Origin: Spirochaetia bacterium
Lineage (GTDB): Bacteria > Spirochaetota > Spirochaetia > UBA9216
Length of the DNA stretch: 64,000 nucleotides
Assembly: GCA_963677925.2 (NCBI GenBank)
Contig: CAXXYH010000003.1
Span: forward strand, 1,152,001-1,216,000
Direction of reading: 5' to 3'
The notes under the pieces were generated by a model, which saw nothing but the letters and a program-made list of their open reading frames with translations, was not told the DNA's origin and did no database searches. How positions within the stretch are numbered: position 1 is the first letter of the stretch; the number at the start of each line of letters is the position of its first letter. Below, in pieces: positions 30,802 through 41,871 of the stretch. The position numbers and the translations under genes were made by a program.

Positions 30802-32844
30802 CTAAACCCTGAACCTGGCGGTCTGTGCTGTAAGTTCCTCTATGCTGCTTTTATTCTGCATGCTCAGTTCCGCTACCGATTCGACTGCATCAGTTATCTG
30901 CCCGGCTCCCACGGCCATCTCATTCATGCCCGAGCTGATGCCCTCTGTAACCCTGCTGAGATTAGCTATCTCGGTAAGTACTTCCTGTGCTCCAATCTTC
31001 ATTTCATTTGATTTATCATGGACCTCCCTCGATTCTCCCACCATTGTCTCAACAGCCTTCAGAACAAGCTTGTTTCCTGTCAGCTGCTCTTCCATTGCAG
31101 CCCTGAGCATCTCCTCCTGCTGTGTCACAGTTTTTATTTCATCATCCATTACGGAAAAATTCTGCATAAGCGAATTTGTGGAACCGCTGATTCTGCCGAC
31201 TGAATCCTTAATTCGGGAAAGAATTGCAGAAACAGTTTTCACCTGCTCTCCGGCAGATTCAGCAAGTTTTCGAACCTCATCTGCAACAACAGCGAAGCCC
31301 TTGCCTGAATCGCCTGCATGCGCAGCCTCAATGGCGGCATTCATTGCAAGGAGGTTGGTCTGGCTTGCGATACCTTCGATAACCTGGCTGATTTCAAGAA
31401 GCCCTTCAGACTCGGATTCTATCTGCCTGATATCATCGGCAACTGCAGAAAGACCATTCTTCCCGGCCTCTGAAGAACACTTCAGATTATTGAAAATCTC
31501 GGTATTCCGTATAAGAGTTCCGGCAATGGAATTCAGGTTTTCGATCATCTCCTCAGTAGCAGACGAGCTCTCTTCAATACTTTGAAACTGTTTTTCAATA
31601 ATATTATTGAGTCCTTCAATATTTATAGTTATCTGTTTCATAGCCTCAGAGGTTTCGTTCACACTTGACGCCTGGTATTGAGTCTGCTCTTTAACGCTTT
31701 CTATTGCGGCTGTGATCTGAGTAATGGCAGAGGAGGTTTCATTCATATTAGCTGCAAGTTTCTCACCGATTCCGGAAAGATCACCTGAATGCTGCTGAAT
31801 GGAAATAACAAGGTTCCTGATATTAGTAAAGGTACTGTTAAGAATACGCGTCATTCTTCCTATCTCATCATCTCTGATTTCCGAGAAACTGACTGCCAGG
31901 TTGGTACTTGAATCCTGGACAACTTCGGCAAGAGAAGCTTCAGTTTTAGTAAGCGGTTTTGTAAGCAGGGTTCCGAAGAGCAGCGCAACTATTAGAATCA
32001 GGACTGTGGAAACAGATAAAACTACTATAGTAAGCATTCTTGAGGTATTCATAAGCTGTATAAGGCTGCTCTGATCCTGTCCTATTCGTATCATACCCTG
32101 AATCTTCTCTCCGTCTGGATCTCTTAAAGGCAGAAAAGAGTACAGCGTCAGGCCCCGCTGTTCATCTACCCTTTCCTCACCATTCTGTATACGGCTGTAT
32201 ATATCAGCCTCTGTTTCCATTGACTCCTCAATGGGCTGTGCGTGTGAATACAGGGCTATGTCACCGAGAAAGACCGAACCAAGTTCTTCAAGAATATCAC
32301 TGTTAAGATTGATTCCGGCCTGAAGCGTTCCGATTATCTCGCCATTAAGCCGGAGAGGGGTAAAGGCTCTGATAGCAAGACCGCTGCTTCCGAATTCAAA
32401 ACCTCCAAGCGAATTACCCTTAAGAGCCTTTGCTATTGAGTCATTACCGCTTTTATCGTCGCCGAATTTACCGGGATTATGACCCCGGAAAAATACAGTC
32501 CCGTCCGCATTACCAATCTCAAATACTGTAACACCGTTATGGGCGTTCAGAGATTCAAAGACAGGTAAAACAAAACGGGCTGCAGCCTCACGGTCTTCAA
32601 AATACAAAGCGTTAAGCAGTTCAGCACTATCAGTATATCCGTCAATGATATTTTCAAGGTTTGTGACCTTGCTGTCAAAGAAATACCCGACAAATTTCAG
32701 GTTCTGGACCGATTTCTCGCCGGACTGAATTCTGATTACTTTGTTTGTCTGTGTGATTAAGATTAAAGATACGATAGATAGCGGAAGAAGACTGATTGCA
32801 AGCATTGCTGCCAGAATCTGCAGACGTATTGATTTCTTATGCAT
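30802..32844 (-). CDS. Methyl-accepting chemotaxis protein (Cache_3-like sensor)
   Basis: Two TM helices, [47 protein letters not shown]. Confidence 0.95.
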   Translation of the reverse strand: MHKKSIRLQILAAMLAISLLPLSIVSLILITQTNKVIRIQSGEKSVQNLKFVGYFFDSKVTNLENIIDGYTDSAELLNALYFEDREAAARFVLPVFESLNAHNGVTVFEIGNADGTVFFRGHNPGKFGDDKSGNDSIAKALKGNSLGGFEFGSSGLAIRAFTPLRLNGEIIGTLQAGINLNSDILEELGSVFLGDIALYSHAQPIEESMETEADIYSRIQNGEERVDEQRGLTLYSFLPLRDPDGEKIQGMIRIGQDQSSLIQLMNTSRMLTIVVLSVSTVLILIVALLFGTLLTKPLTKTEASLAEVVQDSSTNLAVSFSEIRDDEIGRMTRILNSTFTNIRNLVISIQQHSGDLSGIGEKLAANMNETSSAITQITAAIESVKEQTQYQASSVNETSEAMKQITINIEGLNNIIEKQFQSIEESSSATEEMIENLNSIAGTLIRNTEIFNNLKCSSEAGKNGLSAVADDIRQIESESEGLLEISQVIEGIASQTNLLAMNAAIEAAHAGDSGKGFAVVADEVRKLAESAGEQVKTVSAILSRIKDSVGRISGSTNSLMQNFSVMDDEIKTVTQQEEMLRAAMEEQLTGNKLVLKAVETMVGESREVHDKSNEMKIGAQEVLTEIANLSRVTEGISSGMNEMAVGAGQITDAVESVAELSMQNKSSIEELTAQTARFRV

Positions 32845-32980
32845 TTGGCTACCCTGAAACTTTCCTGATGTTTTCTAATAAAAGTATATGAGCTCAAATC
32901 CCAAAGTCAAACAATGGTATAAACTGTCCAAACCGGTTAAAATTAAAACAAAATCTTATTTATAAAACGGGAGAAATTGC

Positions 32981-33952
32981 TTGAATATAATTGAAGTAGA
33001 AAATCTCAGCAAAAGCTATGATGATTTCAAGGCAGTAAAGAGCATCAGTTTCACAGTCCGCAAGGGTGAGGTTTTCGGATTTCTCGGACCTAACGGAGCC
33101 GGAAAAACCACAACTATAAATATGCTGACAGGACTGGCCCGGCCAACATCCGGAAGCATCTCTATATCAGATCAGGATGGAATAAAAAACATCAAAAAGG
33201 TTCAGAAGATAATAGGAATTGTACCGGATGAAAGCAATCTTTATGATGACATGAGCGGATTTGAGAACCTGGTGTTCTGCGCATCGCTTTACGGTCTGAA
33301 AAGAAACGACAGGGAACAGAGAGCCCGGGAACTGCTGAAGCAGTTTTCACTTGATGATACCGGTGACCGTCCCTTCAAAGCCTATTCCAAGGGAATGAAA
33401 AGAAAGCTGACCATAGCGGCCGGAATAATTCACAGACCGGAAATTCTCTTTCTTGATGAGCCGACAACCGGTATTGATGTTGAAAGCGCAAGACAGATCA
33501 GAATACTGATTAAAGAGCTTAACGCAGCCGGAACAACTATTTTTCTGACAACCCATTATATTGAAGACGCCGAAAGGCTTTGTCACCGGATTGGTTTCAT
33601 TGTCGGCGGAAAAGTCATCAAGGTAAGTGAAGTCGGACAGCTGATGTCCGAAGCCCAGCAGGAACACATCATAGAGTTCAATGCCGCATCGGAGTTTCCT
33701 GACTTAAGCGGTGAACTGGAAGAAGCCTTTTCCGGTATTTCTGTAAAGAATATAAACGGCAACAGCATACGGGTCATCAGCGGTGAAAAACAGGAACTCA
33801 TGCCTTTTATGACCTTCTTTGATAAAAAGAACATAGGGATAAACGAGGCAAAAATAATCCGGCCGTCACTTGAAGAGGTCTTTGTTAAAATAACCGGAAT
33901 CGAAATAGCAAAACTGAAAAAAGAAAAAGAGCGCGGAGGTAAAAAGAAATGA
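32981..33952 (+). CDS. ABC-2 type exporter ATP-binding subunit
   Basis: GPNGAGKT, YSKGMKRKL, LDEPTTG, PSLEEVF. Confidence 0.93.
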   Translation: MNIIEVENLSKSYDDFKAVKSISFTVRKGEVFGFLGPNGAGKTTTINMLTGLARPTSGSISISDQDGIKNIKKVQKIIGIVPDESNLYDDMSGFENLVFCASLYGLKRNDREQRARELLKQFSLDDTGDRPFKAYSKGMKRKLTIAAGIIHRPEILFLDEPTTGIDVESARQIRILIKELNAAGTTIFLTTHYIEDAERLCHRIGFIVGGKVIKVSEVGQLMSEAQQEHIIEFNAASEFPDLSGELEEAFSGISVKNINGNSIRVISGEKQELMPFMTFFDKKNIGINEAKIIRPSLEEVFVKITGIEIAKLKKEKERGGKKK

Positions 33953-34683
33953 CAGCACTTATGGCCTATCTCAGCATCATTCGTAAGGATATGAAAAACT
34001 ATTATCTCAAACCGCCTAACATCAGCTGGGGAATCATATTTCCTATTTCCTGGACCCTGATGTTCTTCATGAAATCAAATACCGATGTAAGCATCCGCGG
34101 AATTCTACCGGGCGTAATGGCTGTATCTATACTTTTCGGGACTACATCCATGCTGGCTGTGACAATTACTTTTGAAAGAAAAAGCCGCTCCTTTGAAAGG
34201 CTGCTTCTTGCCCCCATCAGCCTGAATCTTCTTATGCTTGCAAAAACAACCGGGGCAATACTCTTCGGTATCCTCAATGCATTCATTCCCGTTCTGCTGG
34301 CATCATTTCTGACTGATCTTTCGGGAACTCAGTGGCTTACTGTACTTGCCGGGGTTGCGCTGATTGCGGTAACCTCAACCTTTCTGGGCCTGTTTATTGC
34401 TGTCTCGGTAAGCGAGGTATTTGAGGCGCAGACCTTTTCCAACTTTTTCAGGTTTCCAATGATGTTTTTATGCGGACTTTTCATTCCCATTGCTAATCTG
34501 CCGTTCTTCCTGCGCCCGCTTTCATACATCCTGCCGCTGACTTACGGAGAGGATCTTCTCAAAGGCGCAATTAATTCAGCCGCTGTAATTCCATCATGGA
34601 TTAGCCTTGCAGTTCTAATTGCATTCAGTCTGGTTCTATTTGGAATAAGTACTCATAATATAAAAAAGAGGTGGATCTACTGA
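33949..34683 (+). CDS. ABC-2 type exporter permease
   Basis: TM helices; FERLLLAP; FLCGLFIP..LP; overlaps ATPase stop. Confidence 0.9.
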   Translation: MTALMAYLSIIRKDMKNYYLKPPNISWGIIFPISWTLMFFMKSNTDVSIRGILPGVMAVSILFGTTSMLAVTITFERKSRSFERLLLAPISLNLLMLAKTTGAILFGILNAFIPVLLASFLTDLSGTQWLTVLAGVALIAVTSTFLGLFIAVSVSEVFEAQTFSNFFRFPMMFLCGLFIPIANLPFFLRPLSYILPLTYGEDLLKGAINSAAVIPSWISLAVLIAFSLVLFGISTHNIKKRWIY

Positions 34684-34694
34684 GAGAAAACGGT

Positions 34695-36614
34695 TTAAAT
34701 CATCTCGTCTTCGGAAACTGCCAGAGCATTTAAGGTCTGCTGAAGTTCACTCAGAGCATTGAAGACATCTTCCGCAGGCAGTAAACCGGATTCATAATTA
34801 CGGATGCTCAGCCGCAGCTCTTCCTGAATCTCGGCAAGCTTCTTTTTGCTTACAAGATTGGAAAGAAGCCCCGGAGCAGGATGGCCTGAGGCAAGAGCAG
34901 CCGCCAGCCTTGCTGAGGGGATGGCCGAAACCGCCTGCTGTCCCGTCTTTTTAGGGACCTGTCCGATCAGCTCCTCCCAAGGAGTATTTGAGCTAAGAAT
35001 ATTGATTTCTGATTTAAACCGCTCATCGAGGGGCTTCTGCAGCTCATTGTACAGAATATATGAAACCTTATACGGCATCAGCAGTTTATCATCCTGAATG
35101 GCCCTGTATATTCCCTTGAGGACCTCTTCATTGCCTTTAAGCATCTGTTCAAGACTCTCGGCGGCACCGGAACAGCTGTCCCAGTCGGAATGCCTTGCCT
35201 GAGGGATATATCTTTTATAATCCTTTTTGTTAAACAGTGCATCACGTCCGATAAAAGCCTTTTCAGATCCATCCGGATAATAGCGGTAAAGAAAAAGCGA
35301 CTGAAAATCATCAAGTGAACTGCCGCCTGCCAGAAAGTAGTTCTGAACAAGCCGGGCCGCATTATTCAAATCAAGGATGGACAGCAGCATGGACAGGCTC
35401 AAGCTCTGTCTGCTGCCCTTATAAAAAGAATCAATCCTTGAACTAAAAAGACTTGAATTGACCGAAAGCAGGCCGGCAAGTCCTGAAGCATTATGATTCT
35501 GCAGGGCCTTAACCTCCCAGTCTTCAAGCAGCGATGACAGATAGCCTGCAAAAAAGAATGAGGGAACAAAGATTCGTACCGGGATTTTTCTGTTTTCCCA
35601 GTTCACAGAAGCTGCCAGAATGACAGAATCGTCCAGCTTTCCCGGAGAGGATAGAAGTTTGCCTCCGGCACTGTCAAAGGCGGCTACAGATCGTAAAAAT
35701 GATGCCGATTTCTTTACCAGAGCAGTGAACAGGCTGTTAAAAAAACCAAGAGTCTGTTTGTCACGGTTTCCGGATTCAACACTGTAGGCAATTGAATAAT
35801 TTTTTCCGCCTGAAGCCAGCTGAAACTTGTACCAGATCATGTCTGCCGTTATACGCGATGCGGGATCCCCGACGGCAATTATCCCTTCAAAAACTACCGA
35901 GACATCCTTCTTTCCTATATTTGCTTCACGCGGAAGAAAGCAGCTGCCTGCTATAAACTCGAGCGGACTTTTCACCCTGAGCTTTACCTCGGGACTGTTC
36001 AGCTCTGCGAAGGCATCTCCGGTGACCTTTCTGCCTGCTGACTTCTCCTGAAGGGTCTTTTTAAAGACCGCATCACTTTTAAGCAGTGCTTCAATTGATT
36101 TTTTCAGTTCGCTGTTCAGGCTGATATAGAAAACAGCAGACCCTGCACGGCAGCTGTATATAGAAGATTCAGAAAGATTCCATAAAAGCTGATCACAGTT
36201 TTCATTGCCTAAAGGCTTCTGCACAGCAAAAGCGTTTCGAAGCTCTCCCCCTGCCTTTACTGAGCAGATAAATGGAAGGTTTCCGGTAATAAGGTTCACA
36301 AACCTTGTAAGCGCATCCCCGGCAGTATCACCATCGCCTGGTTTATAGAACCCTGCAAAAGATTTCAGAGCCGCAGCCGGAAAAATAACAGACATTACAG
36401 CGTTATCAGTTTCAGTATAAACATAGAGTACGCGGCCCGAACCTGCGGACTTTATATCCGCCTGAAATTTTCCAAAGGGCAGCATGGAGGCTGCCGCTTT
36501 TATTTCCTGACCGGCAACGGCCGTTAGGTTTCTGGAAACTGTATATGAAAGAAATCCGTCAATAAAAGGCTGATTCATTGATTTAAGCTTAGATTCTATA
36601 TCAAATTTTGTCAA
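34695..36614 (-). CDS. Hypothetical protein with possible FliG-C-like terminal segment
   Basis: 639-aa ORF; C-terminal QQAVSAIPSARLAAALA...NLVSKKKLAEIQEEL. Confidence 0.6.
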   Translation of the reverse strand: MTKFDIESKLKSMNQPFIDGFLSYTVSRNLTAVAGQEIKAAASMLPFGKFQADIKSAGSGRVLYVYTETDNAVMSVIFPAAALKSFAGFYKPGDGDTAGDALTRFVNLITGNLPFICSVKAGGELRNAFAVQKPLGNENCDQLLWNLSESSIYSCRAGSAVFYISLNSELKKSIEALLKSDAVFKKTLQEKSAGRKVTGDAFAELNSPEVKLRVKSPLEFIAGSCFLPREANIGKKDVSVVFEGIIAVGDPASRITADMIWYKFQLASGGKNYSIAYSVESGNRDKQTLGFFNSLFTALVKKSASFLRSVAAFDSAGGKLLSSPGKLDDSVILAASVNWENRKIPVRIFVPSFFFAGYLSSLLEDWEVKALQNHNASGLAGLLSVNSSLFSSRIDSFYKGSRQSLSLSMLLSILDLNNAARLVQNYFLAGGSSLDDFQSLFLYRYYPDGSEKAFIGRDALFNKKDYKRYIPQARHSDWDSCSGAAESLEQMLKGNEEVLKGIYRAIQDDKLLMPYKVSYILYNELQKPLDERFKSEINILSSNTPWEELIGQVPKKTGQQAVSAIPSARLAAALASGHPAPGLLSNLVSKKKLAEIQEELRLSIRNYESGLLPAEDVFNALSELQQTLNALAVSEDEMI

Positions 36615-36634
36615 ATCAGCCTTTAAAAAAACTT

Positions 36635-38329
36635 CTATTTAGCCTTCTTCTGACGCTTCAGCCTTTCCAGGATTCTAATCCCCTCACCCCAGGCAAGTTT
36701 ATCATCTGCAAGTTCATAATGCATTCCTTCAAGGATTGTAACCTCTACAATGTTGTCAGCCTTATCAATAAGCTGACGGCATTCATCGCTCAGATTAAGA
36801 AGGTGAAGTTTCTTGCCCAGCTGACCGTATTTATCTGCAACAAAATTGACTGCCTCCAGTCCCGAATGATCATGTACATGGGCATTGGCAAAATCGATTA
36901 CAACATCAAGGGGATCGCTCTGGTAGTCAAAGATATCCTTGAATGACTGAACCGAACCGAAAAACAGGGCTCCGTCCAAGCTGTATATCTTTGCGCCGAA
37001 CTGGTCTAAAGCGGATGAGGCTTCCATCTTTTTGCCCTTCTTCCAGGCAAAGACCAGGGCAGAGAGGATAATTCCGACGGCAACGGCCACCGCAAGATTC
37101 TCTACAACCGTTATTAGTGAGACAAGAATAATCACCAGTGCATCAGATTTCGGAATGCTCTTTATCACCCTGAAACTTGACCATTCAAAGGTGCCGATTA
37201 CAACCATGAACATGACGCCGACAAGGGCTGCCAGAGGAAGCTGTTCAATCAGGGCGGAACCGAAAAGAATAAACCCCAGAAGTCCGAGCGCCGCCGTAAT
37301 TCCTGATGTCCTTCCGCGTCCGCCTGCCCGGATATTTATTACGCTCTGCCCGATCATGGCACAGCCGCCCATTCCCCCGAAGAGGCTGTTAATGATGTTC
37401 GCAATTCCCTGTCCCAGGCATTCCTGATTGCCGAAGCCGCGTGTTTCAGTCAGCTCATCAACCAGCGTAAGCGTCATAAGAGATTCAATAAGCCCGACAG
37501 AAGCAGCCAGAACAGAAAACGGCAGTATTATCTTAAATGCCTGCCAGGTGAGCGGTATATTAGGCAGGCTGAACTTCGGAAGCCCAGCAGCAAGGGTGGT
37601 CCTTACCGGTCCGTCGGAGGGCGCATTATCCCTGACAAAATCAAGCACTGTCCTGACTTCAACTCCGGTTCGGTTTAATGCAAATCCTAACAGGCTTACA
37701 ACCACCAGAGCTGTGAGCGTAGCCGGAACAGCCTTTGTAAGTTTCGGCATAAAATAGCTTATTGCCATAGTCATAGCAATTAAGATACCCATAACAGTCC
37801 AGATAATAATCCTTTCGCGGCTGCTTTCAATATGTCCCAGATGAAACATCTCAAACTGTGATCGGAAAATTACGATTGCAAGTCCGTTTACAAAGCCCAG
37901 CATCACCGGATGCGGAACGAGCCTGATAAACTTACCAAGCTTGAGTACTCCGAACAGAACCTGAATGATTCCCATCAGCATGACAGCTGCAAACAGATAT
38001 CCGAGCGCTGACTGCATTGCCGCCTCACTGCTGAGCCCTGCCGACACAGCCACATCAATCTGCTGAGCAACCAGCGGTGCAAGAATAACAGCAACAGCAC
38101 CCGTAGCGCCGGAGATCATTCCCGGTCGTCCGCCTAAAAGAGCGGTAACAAGGCCCATTATAAAGGCCGCATACAGCCCTATAATAGGGTCTATCTTCAT
38201 AATAAAGGCAAAGGCAATCGCCTCGGGAACAAGTGCCAGTGCGACGGTAAGTCCTGAAAGGATATCATTTTTCAGATTACGCGGCTTTGTAACCTGTATA
38301 GGAAAAAAGAGATTGTTTGAGTTTTTCAT
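36635..38329 (-). CDS. SulP-family anion transporter with STAS domain
   Basis: DILSGLTVALALVPEAIAF, GGRPGMISGATGA, GCAMIGQS, DGALFFGS. ATG 38329 preferred. Confidence 0.95.
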   Translation of the reverse strand: MKNSNNLFFPIQVTKPRNLKNDILSGLTVALALVPEAIAFAFIMKIDPIIGLYAAFIMGLVTALLGGRPGMISGATGAVAVILAPLVAQQIDVAVSAGLSSEAAMQSALGYLFAAVMLMGIIQVLFGVLKLGKFIRLVPHPVMLGFVNGLAIVIFRSQFEMFHLGHIESSRERIIIWTVMGILIAMTMAISYFMPKLTKAVPATLTALVVVSLLGFALNRTGVEVRTVLDFVRDNAPSDGPVRTTLAAGLPKFSLPNIPLTWQAFKIILPFSVLAASVGLIESLMTLTLVDELTETRGFGNQECLGQGIANIINSLFGGMGGCAMIGQSVINIRAGGRGRTSGITAALGLLGFILFGSALIEQLPLAALVGVMFMVVIGTFEWSSFRVIKSIPKSDALVIILVSLITVVENLAVAVAVGIILSALVFAWKKGKKMEASSALDQFGAKIYSLDGALFFGSVQSFKDIFDYQSDPLDVVIDFANAHVHDHSGLEAVNFVADKYGQLGKKLHLLNLSDECRQLIDKADNIVEVTILEGMHYELADDKLAWGEGIRILERLKRQKKAK

Positions 38330-38436
38330 GTGGTAAAATAAATCCTTGATATGTAATAAATAACGAATCAAGAACTTAACAGATCAGAGAGTTTTATGCA
38401 ATAGACAGTCTGAAAATCAGGGGGACCTGCGACACA

Positions 38437-38468
38437 CCGACAGCCTCCGGTTTTGCAGCACTTTCTTT
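38437..38468. repeat. 32-bp direct repeat, copy A
   Basis: ccgacagcctccggttttgcagcactttcttt identical to 39523-39554. Confidence 0.92.
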
Positions 38469-38484
38469 ATAGACTCAACATTTT

Positions 38485-39450
38485 TTAACTTAAAAAATTA
38501 TTTATCATTGCTGTAATAAGAACTATAAACCAGATTACAAATATCAATCGGGAAATCTGAATCATTATTATTGTTGTAGGCGATTTTTTTAATATCTTAT
38601 CAAATTCATCCCGTCTCGGCAGAACAACACGGGTCCCTTTCTTCCTGAGCAGGATTCTTTCGATATCCATTACTCTTTCTTTTCTATGATTCATATACTT
38701 CACACCGCTTTGCAGCGTGATAGTAAATAACAGGGACGAGACAGCACCCAGCCCTGACACCATCAATAAGGGATAAAGCAAACTCCCGTTCGAGAGTGTT
38801 GAAATAGTACTTAATGCGACAAGTAATCCGCCGGATATATAGAATAAATTATTCAGTTTTGACCAGTTAAGTTTATCTTCATGCAGATACAGCTCAATTG
38901 CGGTATCGTACTGATGTTCGATTAATGAAATGTCATAGTCGACGGCATCTGAGAATCTATAGATGAATCTTATCATTCCATCTTCAGCTTCCACCTCCAG
39001 CACTTTTACAAACTGCAGTTTGAGATGAAAATTAACAGAGGCTTCATTATACGGTTCTTTTACTATAGAAACAAAAATCGGGACCTCAATCAGCTCCTTA
39101 AGGTATTCATAAAGCTGGGTAGCGATGCCCTTTCCTTTCATTTTCCGTGACACACATATCTGCTTTATAATAAAAAAACTGCTTTCTGAATATTCTATGA
39201 TACTTTTATTTACAATTAATGACCTGTCCAGGTCACTATCCATGTATCCAAAAGCAAACGCACAGACTTTTCCTCTTTTTTCAGTCACATAAAAATGCAC
39301 ATATTTTTTGAGCATATCAATATAGTCGTTTCGGGTAAATTCTGAAACTAAAAAACCTTCGTTATCTAAAGCATCATTCTGCAGTTTATTCTCTTCGGCA
39401 ATTGATATTATTGCATCAAGATCTGATATTTGAGCCTTTCGAATTCTCAT
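38485..39450 (-). CDS. GNAT acetyltransferase fused to a three-helix membrane domain
   Basis: IRKAQISDL, QICVSRKMKGKGIA, NEASVNFH; C-terminal HEDKLNWSKLNN followed by three hydrophobic segments. Confidence 0.8.
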   Translation of the reverse strand: MRIRKAQISDLDAIISIAEENKLQNDALDNEGFLVSEFTRNDYIDMLKKYVHFYVTEKRGKVCAFAFGYMDSDLDRSLIVNKSIIEYSESSFFIIKQICVSRKMKGKGIATQLYEYLKELIEVPIFVSIVKEPYNEASVNFHLKLQFVKVLEVEAEDGMIRFIYRFSDAVDYDISLIEHQYDTAIELYLHEDKLNWSKLNNLFYISGGLLVALSTISTLSNGSLLYPLLMVSGLGAVSSLLFTITLQSGVKYMNHRKERVMDIERILLRKKGTRVVLPRRDEFDKILKKSPTTIIMIQISRLIFVIWFIVLITAMINNFLS

Positions 39451-39515
39451 TTTAATTTCCCTAACTATACAGCTTTTATCAATTAATACGAATTCAGCCG
39501 AACCCGTTCTGATGA

Positions 39516-41726
39516 TTATACCCCGACAGCCTCCGGTTTTGCAGCACTTTCTTTTGAACCGTTTATCATAACTTCCTTTACTTCGGAAGCGGTAGTGCAG
39601 TTGAGCAGCTGACCGGCAATCCAGTCCTTGCTGAGTATTGCACCTACGGAAGACAGAAACTGCAGATGAGGACCCGATGCGCTTTTAGGAGACAGGGTCA
39701 TGATAAAAATTCTGGAAGGCTCTCCGTCAAGAGACTTGAAATCAAGACCGTTCTTCTTAAGTCCTATGGCAACAATAAGCTCATCAACTCCGTCGGACTT
39801 TCCGTGAGGAAGGGCAATGCCGTTCTGCATACCCGTACTCATTGAAGCCTCACGCTCCTTAACGGCAGCAAGGCAGTCATCATAGTCATTCACCAGACCT
39901 TCGTTATGCATCAGCCCAAGCATTTCCTCAATAAGACTGTCCTTGTCATCGCTTTCAAGCTCGAGTTTAATACAGTTCTCTCGGATGTTTTTAAAGTGAT
40001 TATCCTGAACCCTTGTCTGCTGTTCCGAGGCCAGGCTTTTCATTCCTTCAATAAGCTGTTCCGGTTTTACAAGCTCTTTGATGCGGTTTACCGTTTCGTT
40101 CATTTCAAGCAGGGCCTCGTAAACAAGACTCTTTACATAGTGAACATCAACAGGATCTGATACAATTTCAATGCGTTCATCATAATTGTGGAAGGTCAGA
40201 AAGATATCGTCACGCCGGACCTGGTTGATCTGATGGTCCTCTACACTGAACTCATGGATATAGAAATCCTCATCCCTTAGAAGCTGCATAATCCTGGCCG
40301 AGGCCATATGAGTCATCTCACGTGAAGGAAAATCAAACACCGTGCTTACAGTAGAAGAACCTTTTTCTGAAGTACGTGTACCCATCTTGCCGTTTTTAAG
40401 AAGCGACGAGAGCAGAGGCGGCGGTATCAGTGTAGTGATCAGGGTCATGAATATCGCAACACCGAAATGGCTGTGGGAAAGAATGCCCGATGATATACCG
40501 ATACCCGCAATAATCAGCGCTACCTCTCCCCGGGGAACCATCCCCACCCCTATGCGTGCAGCTCCCCGCAGATTGAAGTTGAGAAACAGTGCCGGAATAC
40601 CGCAGCCTATCAGCTTGGCAAGAATACCGAGAACCGAGAAGAGCAGGCCGTAAAGCAGGACCTCGGGCTTCAGGACTTCCTGAACATTAACAAGCATTCC
40701 CATTACACAGAAAAAGACAGGGACAAAGAACTCCTGAATGGGATGAATCTTCTCCTGAATAACAAAGCTCAAATCTGTACGTGAGAGCGAAAGACCCATT
40801 ACATAGGCCCCGATAATCATCGCAAGCCCCGCCTTCTCAAAGATGCCTGACAGAAGCAGGGCAAGGCCAAGGCTCATAACGGCGATTGAGTTCTCGGTGC
40901 GGAAGATCTTCAGGAATTTTCCGATGCGCCTGGCAAAAAGCAGACCAAGAACAGTAAAACCAAGCCACACCCCGACAGCTTTCAGCGCAATAAAACCGAT
41001 AACACTCCAGTGTACATGACCTCCGCCCGCACCGGTCATTACAGTCACAATACCCACAACAATCGCAAGGATGATAATGCCGAGAACATCATCAATAACT
41101 GCGGCGGCAAGGATGGTTACACCCTCGGGTGAGTCCATTTTACGCTGTTCAGAGAGTATACGGGCAGTAATTCCTACAGAGGTAGCCACCGATATTACGC
41201 CTAAAAACAGGTTAACCGGAGCAAGGAGTCCCTGACCTGTTAAGAATCCTCCCGCCCAGGCGCCGGCGAAAAAGGAAACAACTACCCCGCCTATTCCGAT
41301 AATAGCGCCCTTAAGCGAGTAGCGCAGAAAAAGTGATATATCGGTCTCAAGACCGGAGTGAAACAGTAATATAATTGAGGCAATAGTGGATATACCATAC
41401 AATTCAGGCGTCACAGAGAGGCTTCCGTTTACAATAGGGAAAAGGCCCTCATGAAAACCCGGCAGCGGAATCCCGCCAAGCAGATAGGGCCCGATTACTA
41501 TTCCCATCAGAAGTTCACCGAGAACGGACGGCATATTGATTTTCTTCATAAGAAAACCGCCTAGCCTGGCGGCGAAGAGGATTACTCCGATTTCGAATAC
41601 GAGTTCGGTCATTTTTTCGGTTAAAACTGATTCTTCATTTTCGGAGGCAAAGACAGGAACGGCTGAAACGAAAAGAATAATTATAAACAGAAAGATAAAT
41701 TTCTTCACACCTGACGCATTATTCAT
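39516..41726 (-). CDS. Cation:proton antiporter (CPA2) with C-terminal PTS EIIA (Fru/Ntr-like) domain
   Basis: LGELLMGIVIGP, ATSVGIT, AAVIDD, GMVPRGEV; ERE..MSTGMQNGIALPHGK; ATG 41726 after GGAG RBS. Confidence 0.93.
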   Translation of the reverse strand: MNNASGVKKFIFLFIIILFVSAVPVFASENEESVLTEKMTELVFEIGVILFAARLGGFLMKKINMPSVLGELLMGIVIGPYLLGGIPLPGFHEGLFPIVNGSLSVTPELYGISTIASIILLFHSGLETDISLFLRYSLKGAIIGIGGVVVSFFAGAWAGGFLTGQGLLAPVNLFLGVISVATSVGITARILSEQRKMDSPEGVTILAAAVIDDVLGIIILAIVVGIVTVMTGAGGGHVHWSVIGFIALKAVGVWLGFTVLGLLFARRIGKFLKIFRTENSIAVMSLGLALLLSGIFEKAGLAMIIGAYVMGLSLSRTDLSFVIQEKIHPIQEFFVPVFFCVMGMLVNVQEVLKPEVLLYGLLFSVLGILAKLIGCGIPALFLNFNLRGAARIGVGMVPRGEVALIIAGIGISSGILSHSHFGVAIFMTLITTLIPPPLLSSLLKNGKMGTRTSEKGSSTVSTVFDFPSREMTHMASARIMQLLRDEDFYIHEFSVEDHQINQVRRDDIFLTFHNYDERIEIVSDPVDVHYVKSLVYEALLEMNETVNRIKELVKPEQLIEGMKSLASEQQTRVQDNHFKNIRENCIKLELESDDKDSLIEEMLGLMHNEGLVNDYDDCLAAVKEREASMSTGMQNGIALPHGKSDGVDELIVAIGLKKNGLDFKSLDGEPSRIFIMTLSPKSASGPHLQFLSSVGAILSKDWIAGQLLNCTTASEVKEVMINGSKESAAKPEAVGV
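39523..39554. repeat. 32-bp direct repeat, copy B (last codons of the antiporter gene)
   Basis: Encodes KESAAKPEAVG on the minus strand; identical to 38437-38468. Confidence 0.92.
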
Positions 41727-41871
41727 TGTTAATCTCCCTCTCCAGTACACCAAATAAGCTGCAATCAACATCATAACGCGCACTGCATTTCTGCATAATA
41801 ATAGAAAACATCCGCTCAGTCTATTGCCGGCATGTCCTGACGGGGAGAAACACCGAAATTATGCATCTATT

